NCBI GenBank assembly: GCA_025201805.1
Contig: MU619253.1
Coordinates: 64,202 to 128,201 of the forward strand
Direction: 5' to 3'
DNA: 64,000 nucleotides
Source of the DNA: Parasitella parasitica NRRL 2501
Taxonomy: Eukaryota > Fungi > Mucoromycota
The translations under genes were made by a program, and so were the position numbers. This document shows positions 26,443 to 40,074 of the stretch, in pieces. Under the pieces are notes generated by a model, which saw only the letters and a program-made list of their open reading frames with translations, was not told the origin of the DNA and did no database searches. Each line of letters begins with the position of its first letter. Positions within the stretch are counted from its first letter, which is position 1.

Positions 26443-27039
26443 CTATTTTTTACTGGGCTTTTTAGGCTTCTTATCTACTACAGTAGCTGCTCTGGCTGCA
26501 GCAGCAGCGGCGGCCTTAGCAGCAGCAATGTTTTCCGCAATTTCGGCTTTCTTTGCTGCTTTTTTTGCCTGAGCTCTTTCAGCCCGTTGTATTTCCTTAT
26601 TCCTTTGTTTTTCCTCCTCATCCTACACAAGCAAAAAAATTTAAGTCTAAGACTAACTGCCATCAGTCCTATCAGCCAAATCCTACCTGATTCTTTTGTG
26701 CTTGGATTTCATTCAAAAGTTCTTCCTTGAATGGCCATTCATTAGGAATTCCCGGGTCTTTTTTGGTTTCTAATATTGTAAAAGGGTATTTAACACATGA
26801 ATGCTATGCCTCTCTCCCTCTTTCTAAATAAAAGTATGTAACTTACTGTTGTGTTGGCTAGGGTTCTTTTTTGCTGCTCTACGTTCCTTACGCTGATGAT
26901 CTTTGATACGGCCTAATATTCTATGTTTATGCGCAAGACGGACACGCTTACTCTTGATCTCTACAATAAAAGGGACAAATTAAAATAAAAAATCGTATCT
27001 TATAGTCAATGCTATGTTATACTTACTCTTAGGAACCAT
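26443..27039 (-). CDS. Small stand-alone GNL3L/Grn1 N-terminal-domain protein (no GTPase domain)
   Basis: Spliced MVPKK|IKSKRVRLAHKHRI...KKDPGIPNEWPFKEELLNEI, followed by a K/A-rich tail and a stop. Confidence 0.8.
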
Positions 27040-27358
27040 ATTTTAGAAATATATAAAGAAGGAGAGGGTATTAATTTACAAAAATGCTCTTCCAAATGCA
27101 AAAAAACTTAAATGTAGTATAATTAGTCACATTACGCATCGTCTCATGTCAAGCCACTACATGTCTAATTGTAGGTGCCAAACATGAGTCTGTTTGAACA
27201 AACACATCAGAATGATAATATTTCCATGTAACAAAGATTTACCCCATTTATGGCTAGGGCTTAATTTTGAAAATAAACATTCGAGCACTATAAACCTATA
27301 TCACTTGAAAGCAATTTATCTATCATAGAATATCTATAAAGCTAATTGCATGATTTAT

Positions 27359-28643
27359 TCAAGCTAAATCATCTGGTAAATCCAGAATATGACCCATTTT
27401 CTTGACCTTTACAGCTAAATATTTATCCATCTCACTTCTTGGTGTTGATGCACCCGAGGAGAGCACGGGTGAGCCTTCTACATTGTTATGAAGGAATTCT
27501 CTTTTGACCATTGAAGGTGATGGCATGGCACTGTTGGTATTGCTTCCAGTTCCATCACCAACAAGGTCTGTTATGGCCGGTGACGACCATGAATGAGGGA
27601 TCATAGATTGACGCTTGACCACTTTGATGGATCCAAATGACTCCAATTGTTGAATTTTGTCCGGATTGTTGGTTAATAAATGAACGTTGGATAATTGAAG
27701 GTCTTTCAAAATTGCGTTGGCTATACCGTATGTTCTACCATCGGCAGGATGACTTAATAAAACATTAGCAGCTACTGTATCATGACCTAAATCTTGTAAA
27801 TTATACGCCCTAAAAGAAAAGAAATCGAGTTAATTCAGATGCATAAAACAATGCTTAAAAAAGTTGTAGACATGAGCATCTTTAGTAGGAATGAGCCTAA
27901 TACTCGAATCTGGTTGCTAGGTTACCAGCTGTCAAATTCGGGTTGCCATGACACTCTTTCGCAATCACTTACTTTAACTTCTCCATCAAACCAATACCTC
28001 TGCCTTCTTGTCTAAGGTAAACAATAACACCACGACCAGCTTCCTGCATTTGAGCCATAGCGCTATCTAATTGCTCGCCGCAATCACATCGAGCCGAGTG
28101 TACAGTTTCACCAGTAAAGCATTCAGAGTGAATACGAACCATGGGAGGGTCGGGAGATAGTTTCCAATCTTTTTTAGCTTTAGCTTGCTGCTCTTCCAAA
28201 TAAGCTTCTTGATCTTCAGTCAACTTCAATTCGCGGCTTTCGTCTGCTACAACTTCTTGCAGTCTTCCATAATAAGCACCTCTCACAATGCGGTTCATAA
28301 TGGTCTCGTTCTCCCATGTTCTGTCCAATGATTTGGAACGAATATCATTGCCATAGACAATAGCCATGTGTTCTTTAGTATCTTGGTTGTTCTTGTATAG
28401 ATACAAGTACATTTCACCACCTTGGGTAGTAGGTATACGAGCACGTACTTGGCATTGAATCTTGACTTGACTGTCAGGGATAAGTCTGGGAGTTACAGCA
28501 CTTGGAGCATAGACTTGATTCTTTAAAAACTCGATATATTCCTGGATCGTGGGAGGATGATCTTTCTCGGCCTTGTTACATTGTGATGTTGGTGAATTGC
28601 CCACAACGTTCATGCCGAATAATGTAAATAGTGTAGAGCTCAT
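27359..28643 (-). CDS. RIB1: GTP cyclohydrolase II (riboflavin biosynthesis)
   Basis: [54 protein letters not shown]. Confidence 0.96.
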
Positions 28644-29170
28644 TGTAGTATATGTAACTTTATCGAAAAGAAGAGAAAGAGAATATAGTCGTTTATTAAC
28701 GAGTTTATAGATTTATAATTTGTTTACAAGGTTTAGTAAGCTTGATTGAAATTTGTAATCAATTAAATACCCGTTTTTTTAAATGAGAGTGTTGGTAGTT
28801 GCCCTTCTCTGATTTGTCAGACACTGATTTGGTTCTTGATGCTTTGAGGTTTGAAAAAAAAAAAGTTGAACGTAGTCGTGCAATACTATTATATTAATCT
28901 CCAAAGGCAGGAATATATAGACATGTAATACATGACACATCTTTCTGGTTACATGTCGATCTACTTGTGAGATGGTTCCTTTGTAAACAAAATGCTTGTC
29001 AGCTGTTATCCAATGCTTTACAATGCTTGTGATGTCAGCTTTTGGCAATTTTTTTCCACTTAATTTGCGTAAACCTCTCTATATTCCGTTTGTTCTTTAT
29101 ACTAAACTCTATTTAAACTTTACAAGAATCAAAGAAAGGCTGCATATACACTTAATATTTTAAATATACT

Positions 29171-30801
29171 ATGGCTTCCCAACAACAATTAAGGTAAACT
29201 TTGATCAACAGATCTTTATATTTCGTGTTTCTCATGAAAAAAAAAAAAAAACTAGCCACGAAAATGATAATTGGAAAAAGGACCTTGCTCTTCCTCAAAA
29301 AGACTCAAGGCCTCAAACTGAAGTAAATACTACTAGATATTTACAGATGCGCTATGACTAAACAAATTTGCAGGACGTAACTGCCACGAAAGGTAATGAA
29401 TTTGAAGATTACTTTTTGAAGCGTGAACTATTGATGGGAATTTTCGAAGCTGGTTTCGAGAGACCATCTCCCATCCAAGAAGAAGCTATTCCTATTGCTC
29501 TCACCGGAAGAGACATTTTAGCCAGAGCCAAAAACGGCACTGGTAAAACTGCTGCTTTTGTTATCCCTACTCTTGAAAAAATCAACAAGAAAGACAGGAT
29601 TCAAGCCTTGCTGCTAGTCCCAACACGTGAATTGGCACTCCAGACTGCTCAAGTATGCAAAAACCTAGGTAAGCATTTAAATATTCAAGTTATGGTAACT
29701 ACTGGTGGCACCACCTTGAAGGATGATATTATGCGTCTTGGCGAAACTGTGCATGTCGTTGTGGGCACTCCCGGTCGTATCCTTGATTTAGCCTCCAAAG
29801 GGGTTGCTGATTTTAGTGAAGCCTCGACCTTTATCATGGACGAAGCTGACAAACTGTTATCCCCCGAATTTACTCCTATCATCGACCAGTTAATCAGCCA
29901 TTTCCCTAAGGATAGACAAATCATGCTGTTTAGCGCCACTTTCCCCATGATTGTCAAGAGCTTCAAGGACAAGTATCTAGTCAAACCGTATGAAATCAAT
30001 TTAATGGACGAACTGACTTTGCGTGGCGTTACTCAATACTATGCGTATGTGGAAGAAAAGCAAAAGGTGCACTGCTTGAACACTTTGTTTTCCAAGGTAA
30101 GAAAGAACGGTTTAGTGCGCTTTTTTTTTACAAGTGTGTACTAATGTAACTCTAGCTTCAAATCAACCAATCTATCATCTTCTGTAACTCTACGAATCGT
30201 GTTGAACTTCTGGCCAAGAAAATCACTGAATTGGGATATTCTTGTTTCTACTCTCATGCAAAGATGCTGCAAAGCCATCGTAACCGTGTCTTTCACGATT
30301 TCAGAAATGGTGTTTGTCGTAATTTGGTTTGTTCTGATTTATTGACGCGTGGTATTGACATTCAAGCCGTCAATGTTGTCATTAACTTTGACTTTCCCAA
30401 AAATGCCGAAACTTATTTGCATCGTATTGGTCGTTCAGGTCGTTTTGGTCATTTGGGTTTGGCCATCAACCTGATCACTTACGAAGACCGCTTCAACCTT
30501 TACAAGATTGAACGCGAGTTGGGCACTGAAATACAGCCTATTCCTCCAGTCATTGATAAGAGCTTGTATGTTGCACCCAATGCTCTTGAGGACGCCCAGG
30601 TTCAACAGCCTAATCGCCAGTTGGCTATCGCTACTCATCAACAACAACAGCAACGTGATCAAACTCAATATAACAACTATAATAACAGTAATAACCATCA
30701 ACAGCAGCAACAACAAAACAATCATCAAAATGGATATCAATATCGAGGAAATTATAACAATAATGGTCGAGGCGGAGGTCGTCGTCACCAACAGCAAAAT
30801 C

Positions 30802-30866
<65 letters not shown>

Positions 30867-30893
30867 CAAAGAGGTCAATCTTCAAGATCATAA
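29171..30893 (+). CDS. DHH1: DEAD-box RNA helicase Dhh1/DDX6 with Q/N-rich tail
   Basis: [50 protein letters not shown]; introns present. Confidence 0.97.
30801..30869 (+). repeat. (CAA/CAG)n polyglutamine microsatellite in DHH1
   Basis: Direct observation. Confidence 0.9.
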
Positions 30894-31063
30894 TTCAACA
30901 ATTTTTTTATCCAACTGTAAATAAGTTTTTAGAAGATCCCCAACATAGCAGTAAATCTTTATATAAATTTCTCACCTCTTTCTCTCTTCCTCTTCTTTTG
31001 CTTTATTGTGGCAATGAACCGGAAAAATATTAAATGAAAATCCTTATATTCACCTCCACCCCT

Positions 31064-31134
<71 letters not shown>

Positions 31135-31619
31135 NNNNNNNNNNTCATCTAAATTTGCATGTGTGATATGGACTTACGTATCCTATTCTATATTCTGTCG
31201 ATTTGTAAAAATTTGGTTAATTCAATAAATTATTATCACGGCTTTCTCCTTTAACCTTTAGTGAAAATATTTTTCCATCAGAATTAAATGCTTGAATAAT
31301 CTCTGCTACAGTTTGATCTGTAACTATTAATCATATCATAATTTAGCCAATTACTACTTGGCCAGTAACATCCACATACATGGAACATAGTCTACAAACT
31401 AAAAAAAAGGCGAATTATTAAGCTGTACACCCTATCTATTTAACAAATTGTGATTTGCTACACGGCACGAGACTTAAGATATTGAAACACTTTGTTGTAG
31501 CTCATATTGAGCTAACCCTAGCATAATGACACAGTGTATAAATACATTTATAGGATATATTCGTAGCAATAAAGTGTAATTCTGGAGCGGATATATTCTA
31601 CTATTAATGTTGACTCTCC

Positions 31620-32500
31620 TATGCCTGAATGCATGGATCTTCTTCAAACCGACAATGTAACTACTCCACTATGCAGCGATAGACGTCAAGCAAGGGTGTC
31701 TCAAGATATTAAGCGACTTAAGGTTAGGTTGTATGGGGCAACTAGGCTTTCCATGTTAACCCTGAAAAAGTTGGCTTCCAAGGCTGGCGTTTTGAAACGT
31801 TAACTAAAAATGGTGAAAGGGAATTTTGAGTTATTAATCACTTGGGCACAATTTGTTTCCAAATTGAAATCAAAGCATGGCTCTTCTCAGGTTATGGAAA
31901 AGAAGAGGGCGATCCAAAACCTGGACAATATAAAACTAAAACAATTTGGTAATGTTGAAGAATATATTGACGGTTTTTTAGCATTGAAGGATACATTTGG
32001 CCATAAGGAAGATACAATATTAGTTGACTACTTGCTGCATGGTTTTGAAGTAGGTTTGTATGATCCTGTGTATTTAAACATTTCTCAGTCAAAACAAGAA
32101 ATGGAGCAGAAAAATAATTAAGGCTGTTCATTAGACACAACCATATCCAAATATTGTGTTAATAAAATGAACAGCATATTTAAAAAACTTCCTCGCCGAG
32201 TTGGTAAAAACAATCAGTGAAGGGATGTTTATGGTACAGAAATCAAGCGTTTTGGCTATGGCTTCACGCCATATACTTATGCTCACAGAACGTACCAATG
32301 CAAGGTTTATATGCTCTGTTTGAGCACATTGTTTGAAGTATTTTTCTTGTGGATTGATTGCCATGAAACTTGAATTAACCAGACATTACAATGTGCTATG
32401 AACGTTTTTATTCAAATTAACAAAAACTGAGCTGTGTCCATTCACGATATACATACCTTGTATAACAACCTGGACCCTTCTCTCCACAATCCTGCGTTTG
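31620..32500. pseudogene. Degenerate LTR-retrotransposon gag-like remnant next to an assembly gap
   Basis: ITWAQFVSKLKSKH...LKQFGNVEEYIDGFLAL matches the Ty3/gypsy gag pattern (TW..F...L; L.Q..SV.EY...F). It is broken by stops and lies after the N-gap at 31135-31143. Confidence 0.55.
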
Positions 32501-32663
32501 AATAATGTTCTCTACAATTGGTAATGTGACTCCAAGGCCATGCCCGAATCGTATTCAGCCCTGGCTGATAATTCAAAACTCTTAAATAACCATTCTAGCT
32601 TTCTCTTTGTTTTCTTTCCCTTTCCATCTTTCTTTTGCGCCTTCAATACACAAAGTCGTTACC

Positions 32664-32919
32664 ATGTTTCAGAAAATCGTCAACTTTTGGTTCTCAAGCT
32701 TTGTCACCGAGCGTCTCTTAGCAAGTCCCTTGTTCAATCGAATGGCTCAAAAAACACATCACCATGTCTCTAACATTACAGATAAAGGTAATTGGAAACT
32801 TGGAGACATTTGATTTCTCTTTTATTAACTTTTATCTAGGTGCCAAGACGGGTAATGAGTTCATCAAGGCCTTCAAGGAAAACCTTGAGAAGGAGGCTAG
32901 AAATAATGCCAGAAAATAG
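32664..32919 (+). CDS. Small Mrx7/NCBP2AS2-like (probably mitochondrial) protein, ~67 aa, two exons
   Basis: ERLLASPLFNRMAQK resembles Mrx7 LLSSPGFHRFV; intron 32788-32839; ends FIKAFKENLEKEARNNARK*. Confidence 0.6.
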
Positions 32920-33267
32920 AGTAGAAAAAAACAACTGATCAGAACAGAAATACTACTGCGGAACACTCGACACGCTCTGACAACATCCCCTCTCCCCTTC
33001 ATATTTATTTACATTCTTTCTTTACATGTACACTTTTTTTTTGTCTCTTACTTTTTAAACAACAAATACATCTTGGAAGTCTGCGACTTTTGCCAAATCA
33101 ACTGTTTTCGTTTATAAATGTTTGATGATCGGATAAATTTATGAAGTAAACAAGAAGAGAGATACAGAGATGCGAATAGATATTGTGTGGGTAGTTTAAT
33201 TAGTCCAATGAGTGAGTTGATTAAGGAAAGGGTATGAATTATGATACATGGTGGGGGTGGGGTTGGA

Positions 33268-34240
33268 CTACACAATGGCTTCTACACTGGGTTCCGATAC
33301 TATGATTTTCTCCATTTTTCGAGCTCTTGTGAAATCAGAGACAGCCCTCAATATGATAAACCAACCAACAAACATCATAAGGTATGCAATCACATCTGCT
33401 TGAGCAGCATCCTGTCCAACTGTATCATGACCTTCGCCATCGTAGTCAAAATCTTCATCTAATGTGCCTCGACTACGGACGTAAAATCCATATTGAATTA
33501 ATGATACACCCAAACCAGCACGAGCGCCGTCTTTTGCAGCATGGGTTGTGTGCAATAAATAAGTGAGCATAAATCCTACCAACTGGAAACTTGCAGAAAC
33601 TGTAAAAAAAATATCAGTATAGCTGCAATATATCAAGAATCGCTTGTAATGATTTACCCATCAGGTTCCATAAAAAGCTAAAAATACTGCCAACAGGTAA
33701 TCCTTCAACCAGAATCATATCGCCCATGCCAGCAGGCGCAATGATTGTCGTTTGCCAGTAAGGTGGTGTTGCATCAGCTGAAGCCTCCTCATATGTCTAA
33801 AGAGTATCCGAGTTAGCATCCAACATATCCTTCGAAGGTCTATTTCAACTTTACTGGTGGTACTTCTTCCATCTTTGAATCGGACTCAGGTTTAGCCGCC
33901 ATGTTAGAGAACACACCATCATTGGATTGCTGTTGTATGGGGCCACTGCCATAGTGATTAGTACCGGCAGGCATTGAAATAGGCGTCGGTACCAGCTGAC
34001 TGTACTCAGTTTCTAGTAAATTAGTGTCTTCATCTTGTTCGCTAATGTCAAATGTGTCTTCCAAGTCACTTCGTTGTTGCATCATGGCGGAAGATCTAGC
34101 AGTAGTGTTTTGCTCTTCGATGTAATGGTTTTCCTCGTCATGGTTCTCGACGGGAACCTAAGGCTAAAATTAGTATGCGCCTTTTACCATTGCCTGAGCG
34201 TCTTTTATATTACCTGCTCGTATCTATGGTTACTGGACAT
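33268..34240 (-). CDS. BSD2: Bsd2/NDFIP-like Rsp5 adaptor membrane protein
   Basis: NDGVFSNMAAKP, PP|TYEEASADATPPYW, VSASFQLVGFMLTYLLHTTHAAKDGARAGLG. Confidence 0.92.
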
Positions 34241-34550
34241 TTGACACTATCCGTAGTATTAAACTAAAGAAGAAAAGAAAAGCTTAGACAATCAAAGTTT
34301 ATCTGTTTTCTGCGTTTTAGTCTCGGAGCTACTGGCAGTCTCCAATGGAAAAAAAATGCTCCGCGCAGTACTTTACATGCATCTTCAAACCAGATGCCTG
34401 TAACTTAATAATAGGATGCAACAATATTATAAGCCCTTTTCCTGAAAATAGGTGCTACTATCAGAGAAATAGCACCAATCTAGTTTTTTTTTCCGTTTAA
34501 AAATTACAAGTTTATTATTGCATGTTTAAAATGTTTACATATAAATACGT

Positions 34551-36299
34551 CTAGTCTGTTGTTTGGATGACACCTTTGAATGTATGTCGCCCAGAGACAA
34601 ACCAAAAGAAGATGGAAAAGCACATGACAGCTCCAATCATTACAGAGGACCAATTCATGTTTTCAGGAGACACAGGTGAAGCGGATGGGATACACAGAAT
34701 CACTGCAAAGAAACTTGCCCAGACAACACTGATAAAATTAAGAGGCAGCCCAAATTTGCCCAAGTGAAAAGGGCCTTTAGGCATGTCATTTCGGACCCAA
34801 ATAAGGCGGCAAAGCAAAGGCAAGCCGTAAGACACATTGATGGAGATAACAGCAGCACTCATTATAGCTTGCCAATAGACAACAGAGCCAAATGATGGTA
34901 AAATAACAAGAATACAAATGACAAGCTGCACCAGTAAGCAGTTGATTGGGATGCTGCGGTCACCTGATATTTTGTACAAGAATTTGGAGTAGGGCAGTAC
35001 ACCATCGCGAGACAAGCTCCACATGAAATTACCGGCTGCAAGGATTGAATTGCACAGAGATCCGATCTGGGCAACAAGCAATATGACTAGAAAGAAGGCG
35101 GTGACGGCAGGGCTGTTGGTAGCTCTCAAAAAGAAGGTGGCTACTGGCATGTCTGAGGCCAATAATTCATCTATGTCTTGGATCGAGAATAGAGTAGAGA
35201 TGATTAGACCAAAGCCTTGCAAAACGGCACCTACGACACAGATGACAATTCCCCGGGGAGCAGTGGTGGCAGCATTTCGTGTGCCTTCAACGATCTGTGC
35301 ACCACACTCGTACCCGACTAATGCCCATCCAGAGGCCAACAAACCGATTAAGAAGACAAGGCCATTACTCTCATATCCTGTCGAATTAATAAACTCGGTA
35401 AAAACCCATTTTGGTGAGTTATGAGTGGGTGCCATGGCAGGAACGGCGATGACAACGATAAGTGTGCCGATCATTACCCAGACAACCATGAATTTGTTTA
35501 AATAAGCACTAAATCTCAAGCCTAAAATGTTGTAAGCAGTGCAGGCGATTATGAGTCCAATGTAGAGTCCCACAGATGCGCCTTGGGAGTCTACTTGATG
35601 TTCGTTCAGCGTATTGGCAATTGCATAAATGAAATCTGCTGCTGTATAAGCCAATGTCATCACCACTGCAATTAATCCTGTGAGATACGCATAGCCGTTG
35701 ATCCAAGCCATAACTACAATTGGTGATTTAGAAAATGACATGTGCGTAAATATGTGCTAAAAAAAACTTACAAGGGCCCCACTTCTTGCTACTGAGCATA
35801 AGAGACCAAGAATAGACACCACCAGCCAACGGGTAAGCAGATATTACTTCAGACATGGATAGTGCTATACACAAGACAAAAATAGATACGATGAACCAGC
35901 CCCAAAACAAAGCAGCAGGGCCTCCAGCACTAAGGCAAGGTCCAAATGTTACCATCCAACTAGGCAGCACCGCCATTGTTGAAAACGCAAATCCGCATTG
36001 CACGAATAAGCTGATCTCCCTTTTGAACTCTTGTTTATAGCCAAGATCTTGCAATCTCTGAGCGTCGGCATCCAAATGGTTGGTCTCTACATGCGTGATG
36101 TCTACTTTTTCAACAGAGGGCGGCAGGATGTTGTTGTGCACAGATGATGGTTTACTCGTCGCCTATTTTGGTATAAAATGTAGGTCAAGGAACGTCAGTA
36201 AATTCATGCATTGAGCTGCCTTTTGACTCGTGTTGTGTTGAGCTGTAGCAAACAAAAATTGGTTTGAACCATGCGTATATTTACATTTTCATCAGTCAT
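34551..36299 (-). CDS. APC-family amino acid/GABA/choline permease
   Basis: LGYKQEFKREISL, GGPAALFWGW, SEVISAYPLAGGVYSW, SRDG, GPFHLG; about 12 TMs. The first exon (36285-36299) is inferred. Confidence 0.9.
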
Positions 36300-37861
36300 T
36301 TTTATGATTATTACTTGTGGTCAATGTAGATTACAATATTTTAAGCAGGAAAAGTACTTTTTCAACAAAGCAAACCCTCACCCAAAGAAAAAAAAAAGAA
36401 GATAAGAAAAGAAAGCGTATTTATATGCTTTGGGATTACCAAGTATGGCATAACACCAACTCCATGCAGCGTAATTAAATGCAAAATGCCATCACTTTTC
36501 CAAAACATCATGAATTCTCGATATGGCATTTTTGACATCAAAAGATCACATGGTATGCTTGGATTTTTACATTATTTCTTGTTTTAGATGTGAGAGATCG
36601 TATTCATGTTGAACCGTACAACAATCGCTGACAAATATATGTGAGCAGTGATGTGAAAAAAAAAAAGAAAGCAATACATGTTGTACTAGAAAAGTTTGGG
36701 AAAACCATTCTGGAGGGACAAGCCCTTATAGACAGGCAAGAGCCCAAGGGAATAAAAGAGTGCAAGGTAATGTCTCTATCGCACAAGCGTGTGAAGGTTT
36801 ATCACACGGTAAGATTGATTGCAAAAGCTGAACACAAGGATAAATTATTCACACAAAGTTGGATGGTTAACAAACCATTTTACAGCTAAAAATGATGGTG
36901 AGACTCAGAACATCAATGAACTATTATGAATGTCTGAATACCCACACGTATTATAATCTTCATGTTATGCTTTACTATAAAAAGCACGGGTCTGAAAGGA
37001 GTTTTTGTTAGGAATATGATGCACGCACTGCATAAAGACATATTTTTGATCTAGTCTTTCAGATGCTATAACTCATTCATGATTGAAACGAGTCTGCATT
37101 TAAATTGGTTTTCCATTCCAAAGCGTACAAAATTGTCTTGTTTTGGATTCAAGGTTAAATGCAGACATCGTTTAATTACTATAGTGCCAGAGACTTGATA
37201 TTAGACAAACATGTGCAGAAAGAAAGAAGCGATAGACATACACATTGCTGATTATAGTAGCTACATATGTTTTAATCAGGAACGACAGAGATGTTGTTCT
37301 CTGTCCTACAAGCTTCGTTTTGCTGATGTTTAATATTCGTGCAAGGCAGATGGACGGTTCTTATCAAAACAATAGCTATCGCGTATCTAAAAGGAAATAT
37401 AGCAAATAGAATAAATCAAAGCTACATATCTATGCGATTCTGCTTATCGAGCATTCCAAAAATTAATCTTTGCTGTCATTACACTTCTTGTAGGATGGTG
37501 AAATATACCAAAATATGAATAGCAAACAAATGCAAGATTAGGCGGTCTGACAATTTCGCTGCTTGGCTTTTTTTGCCGCTAATTTGAAAGACTCTTACTT
37601 GAAGGTAATTCACGGTAAAACGACTATTATATTGCTAATTTAATAATTTTTCCCCTACGAGTACGTAGCCCAATTAATTCGCGACAATGAGAATCTTTAT
37701 ATAAGCACTGAGGCAAGTGGTATCTATCATGCTTTATCACTATCCCATGGATAAGCATATCATGGAGTGCGCATTTAAAGATTTTCAAACCGAGATGCTT
37801 TAAACTGGTTGGAATCTCACAGTGGGTACAGCAGTTTTTTTTTTTTTTTTTCAATTCCTCC

Positions 37862-39218
37862 ATGTGGATCAACAAGACGATTTCAAGGATATGCGTATCA
37901 AAAGTCCTTAGGAAATTCTGCTACAGCTCACAGGTATGTGTTGAGAAAGCTTATACATATACTCTCGAGTAATTTGATCCCCTTGATACAGGCAGCAGCA
38001 GTTAGTTCGGTAAACTGGAAATATTTTGTTTTTTGAAGGCACAAAAGCTGAAAATGCATATTACTTAGATTCCCAACAATACTTGTCCTGAAACTAAAGA
38101 AAGCCCCATTGTCACCAAGCATTTATTTGACAACTTCGATCGACATCATAACTATCTTCGTATATCCCTGACTGAGCGCTGCAACTTACGATGTATGTGG
38201 GCAGCAATAGTCATGCTGTGTATAATGACCTTTTTCCTTGTATAGGCACGTATTGTATGCCAGAGAGAGGAGTACCACTGACACCAGATAGTCAATTGCT
38301 CACAAAAGATGAGATTTTACGCTTAGCAAGACTATTTGTAAGCCAAGGCGTGACTAAAATTCGCCTGACTGGAGGAGAGCCTACCGTACGTCCTGACATT
38401 GTCGAACTGGTTCAAAATCTAGGGCAGCTTAAGCAGTATGGGCTTAAAAGTCTCGCGATGACTTCCAATGGAATTGCCTTGAAACGAAAGCTACCTGCGC
38501 TTGTAGAAGGAGGCTTGGATACCTTGAATGTGAGCTTGGATACGCTGGATCAGCACTTGTTTCAAGTCATGACGAGGCGAAAAGGGTTTGATAAAGTGAT
38601 CGGAGCCATTGATGAAGCCGTACGGTTGAAAATGCCACACGTCAAGATTAACACAGTAGTTATGCGTGGAGTGAATGATCAGGAGGTGCTGAACTTCGCG
38701 GCATATACAAATAATCACCCGGTAAATGTGAGGTTCATTGAATATATGCCTTTTGATGGGAACAGGTGGAGTCGGGACAAATTGGTGCCCTTCAAAGAAC
38801 TGATTGGACGTATTGAAAGCATGTATGGCAGACTAAACAAGCTGAGAGATGGGATGAATGATACAACCAAGGTAAACACGCAGAGCTTTAAAAGATATCA
38901 GTACGTGCATTAATAGGGGGGCTGCACTAGCATTATCAGATTCCTGGATATCAGGGTAAGCTTGGGTTTATTACATCCATGACAGACCATTTCTGTGGGA
39001 CATGCAATCGTTTGCGAATCACTGCTGATGGAAACATCAAGGTTTGTTTATTTGGCAACGCCGAAGTTTCGTTAAGAGACATGATCCGCCAAGGAAAAAC
39101 TGACGATGAGCTATTGGAAATTATTGGAGCAGCCATCAAAAAGAAGAAGAAGCAGCATGCTGGTATGTTTGAATTGGCCTCTAAGAAGAACAGACCAATG
39201 ATTCTTATCGGCGGTTAG
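37862..39218 (+). CDS. MOCS1: GTP 3',8-cyclase MoaA/MOCS1A (molybdenum cofactor step 1)
   Basis: Putative mitochondrial presequence; radical-SAM motif [13 protein letters not shown]|[21 protein letters not shown]...VCLF; C-terminal RPMILIGG*. Confidence 0.95.
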
Positions 39219-39387
39219 CAATGTGTCTATATATCATTACAACAGTACCCATTTGCATTGTATACAATTTTACACACATAGCCATTAAAACATATTTTTT
39301 TGCTCGCCTATACTGTTGTAATGATATATGACTTTTGACATTCGCAATTGTGGATCTAATCATACTTTTTGTGGATATTTTATCTAG

Positions 39388-39995
39388 TTGCGAGACACAG
39401 TAACAATCCCCTAAAATCCAATCTTCCGTTGTATTTGTTACCATCAGCATTATTGACACGATACAACAGCAGCTCGAGATGTTATTCGACAAAGCCGAGA
39501 CTCACCCACACAGATCCTCAAACAGGCGAAGCAAGAATGGTTTCCGTAACAGAAAAGACCTCCACCAAAAGAGAAGCGAGAGCAATCGGCCGTATCATCC
39601 TCCCAGATCAAGCATACAAGTTGTTGAAAGAAAACCATGTTCAAACTGTCAAAGGCAACGTCCTCACCGTAGCACAAATAGCTGGCATTCAGGCCGCAAA
39701 GACAACCTCAAATTTGATTCCCCTCTGCCACCCGCTTTTGTTGGGTTTGATTGATGTCCGCCTCTGGTTGAGTGATGAAAAGCAAAGTGTCGAGTGTGAA
39801 TCAACTGTCCAAACATCAGGTAAAACGGGTGTAGAAATGGAAGCATTGACAGCTACTAGCGTAGCCTTATTGACAGTCTACGACATGTGCAAAGCTGCCT
39901 CAAAAGAAATGGTGATTGAAGGTATTCGGGTGGTTGAAAAGACAGGCGGCAAGAGTGGCCCATGGAAATCCGCATTTAAGCAGTCTGATGAATAA
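39388..39995 (+). CDS. MOCS1: cPMP synthase MoaC/MOCS1B, expressed as a spliced fusion with MoaA
   Basis: LTH..GEARMVSV, LIPLCHP, GKTGVEMEAL, VYDMCKA, KTGGKSG. In frame with MoaA via intron 39214-39387. Confidence 0.93.
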
Positions 39996-40074
39996 ATCTG
40001 GATGATTCAAAGCCAGGTGCTCCTTATAAAAAGGCATGCGAAATGCTGAAACTGTGTTTCTTTTTTCTTTCAAC

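Noticed and set aside
29171-30893. RNA helicase as a marker of the Mucorales sex locus
   Set aside because: It is a Dhh1/DDX6 orthologue; no HMG-box sex gene or triose-phosphate transporter is adjacent.
30435-30924. Poly-Leu, poly-Asn/Ser and poly-Val/Ala ORFs (also 48743-49089 and 47142-47526)
   Set aside because: These are alternative-frame or antisense shadows of polyQ microsatellites.
31067-31143. Poly(T) run and N gap (also N gap with poly(A) at 51756-51823)
   Set aside because: Homopolymers at contig ends; length and context are unreliable.
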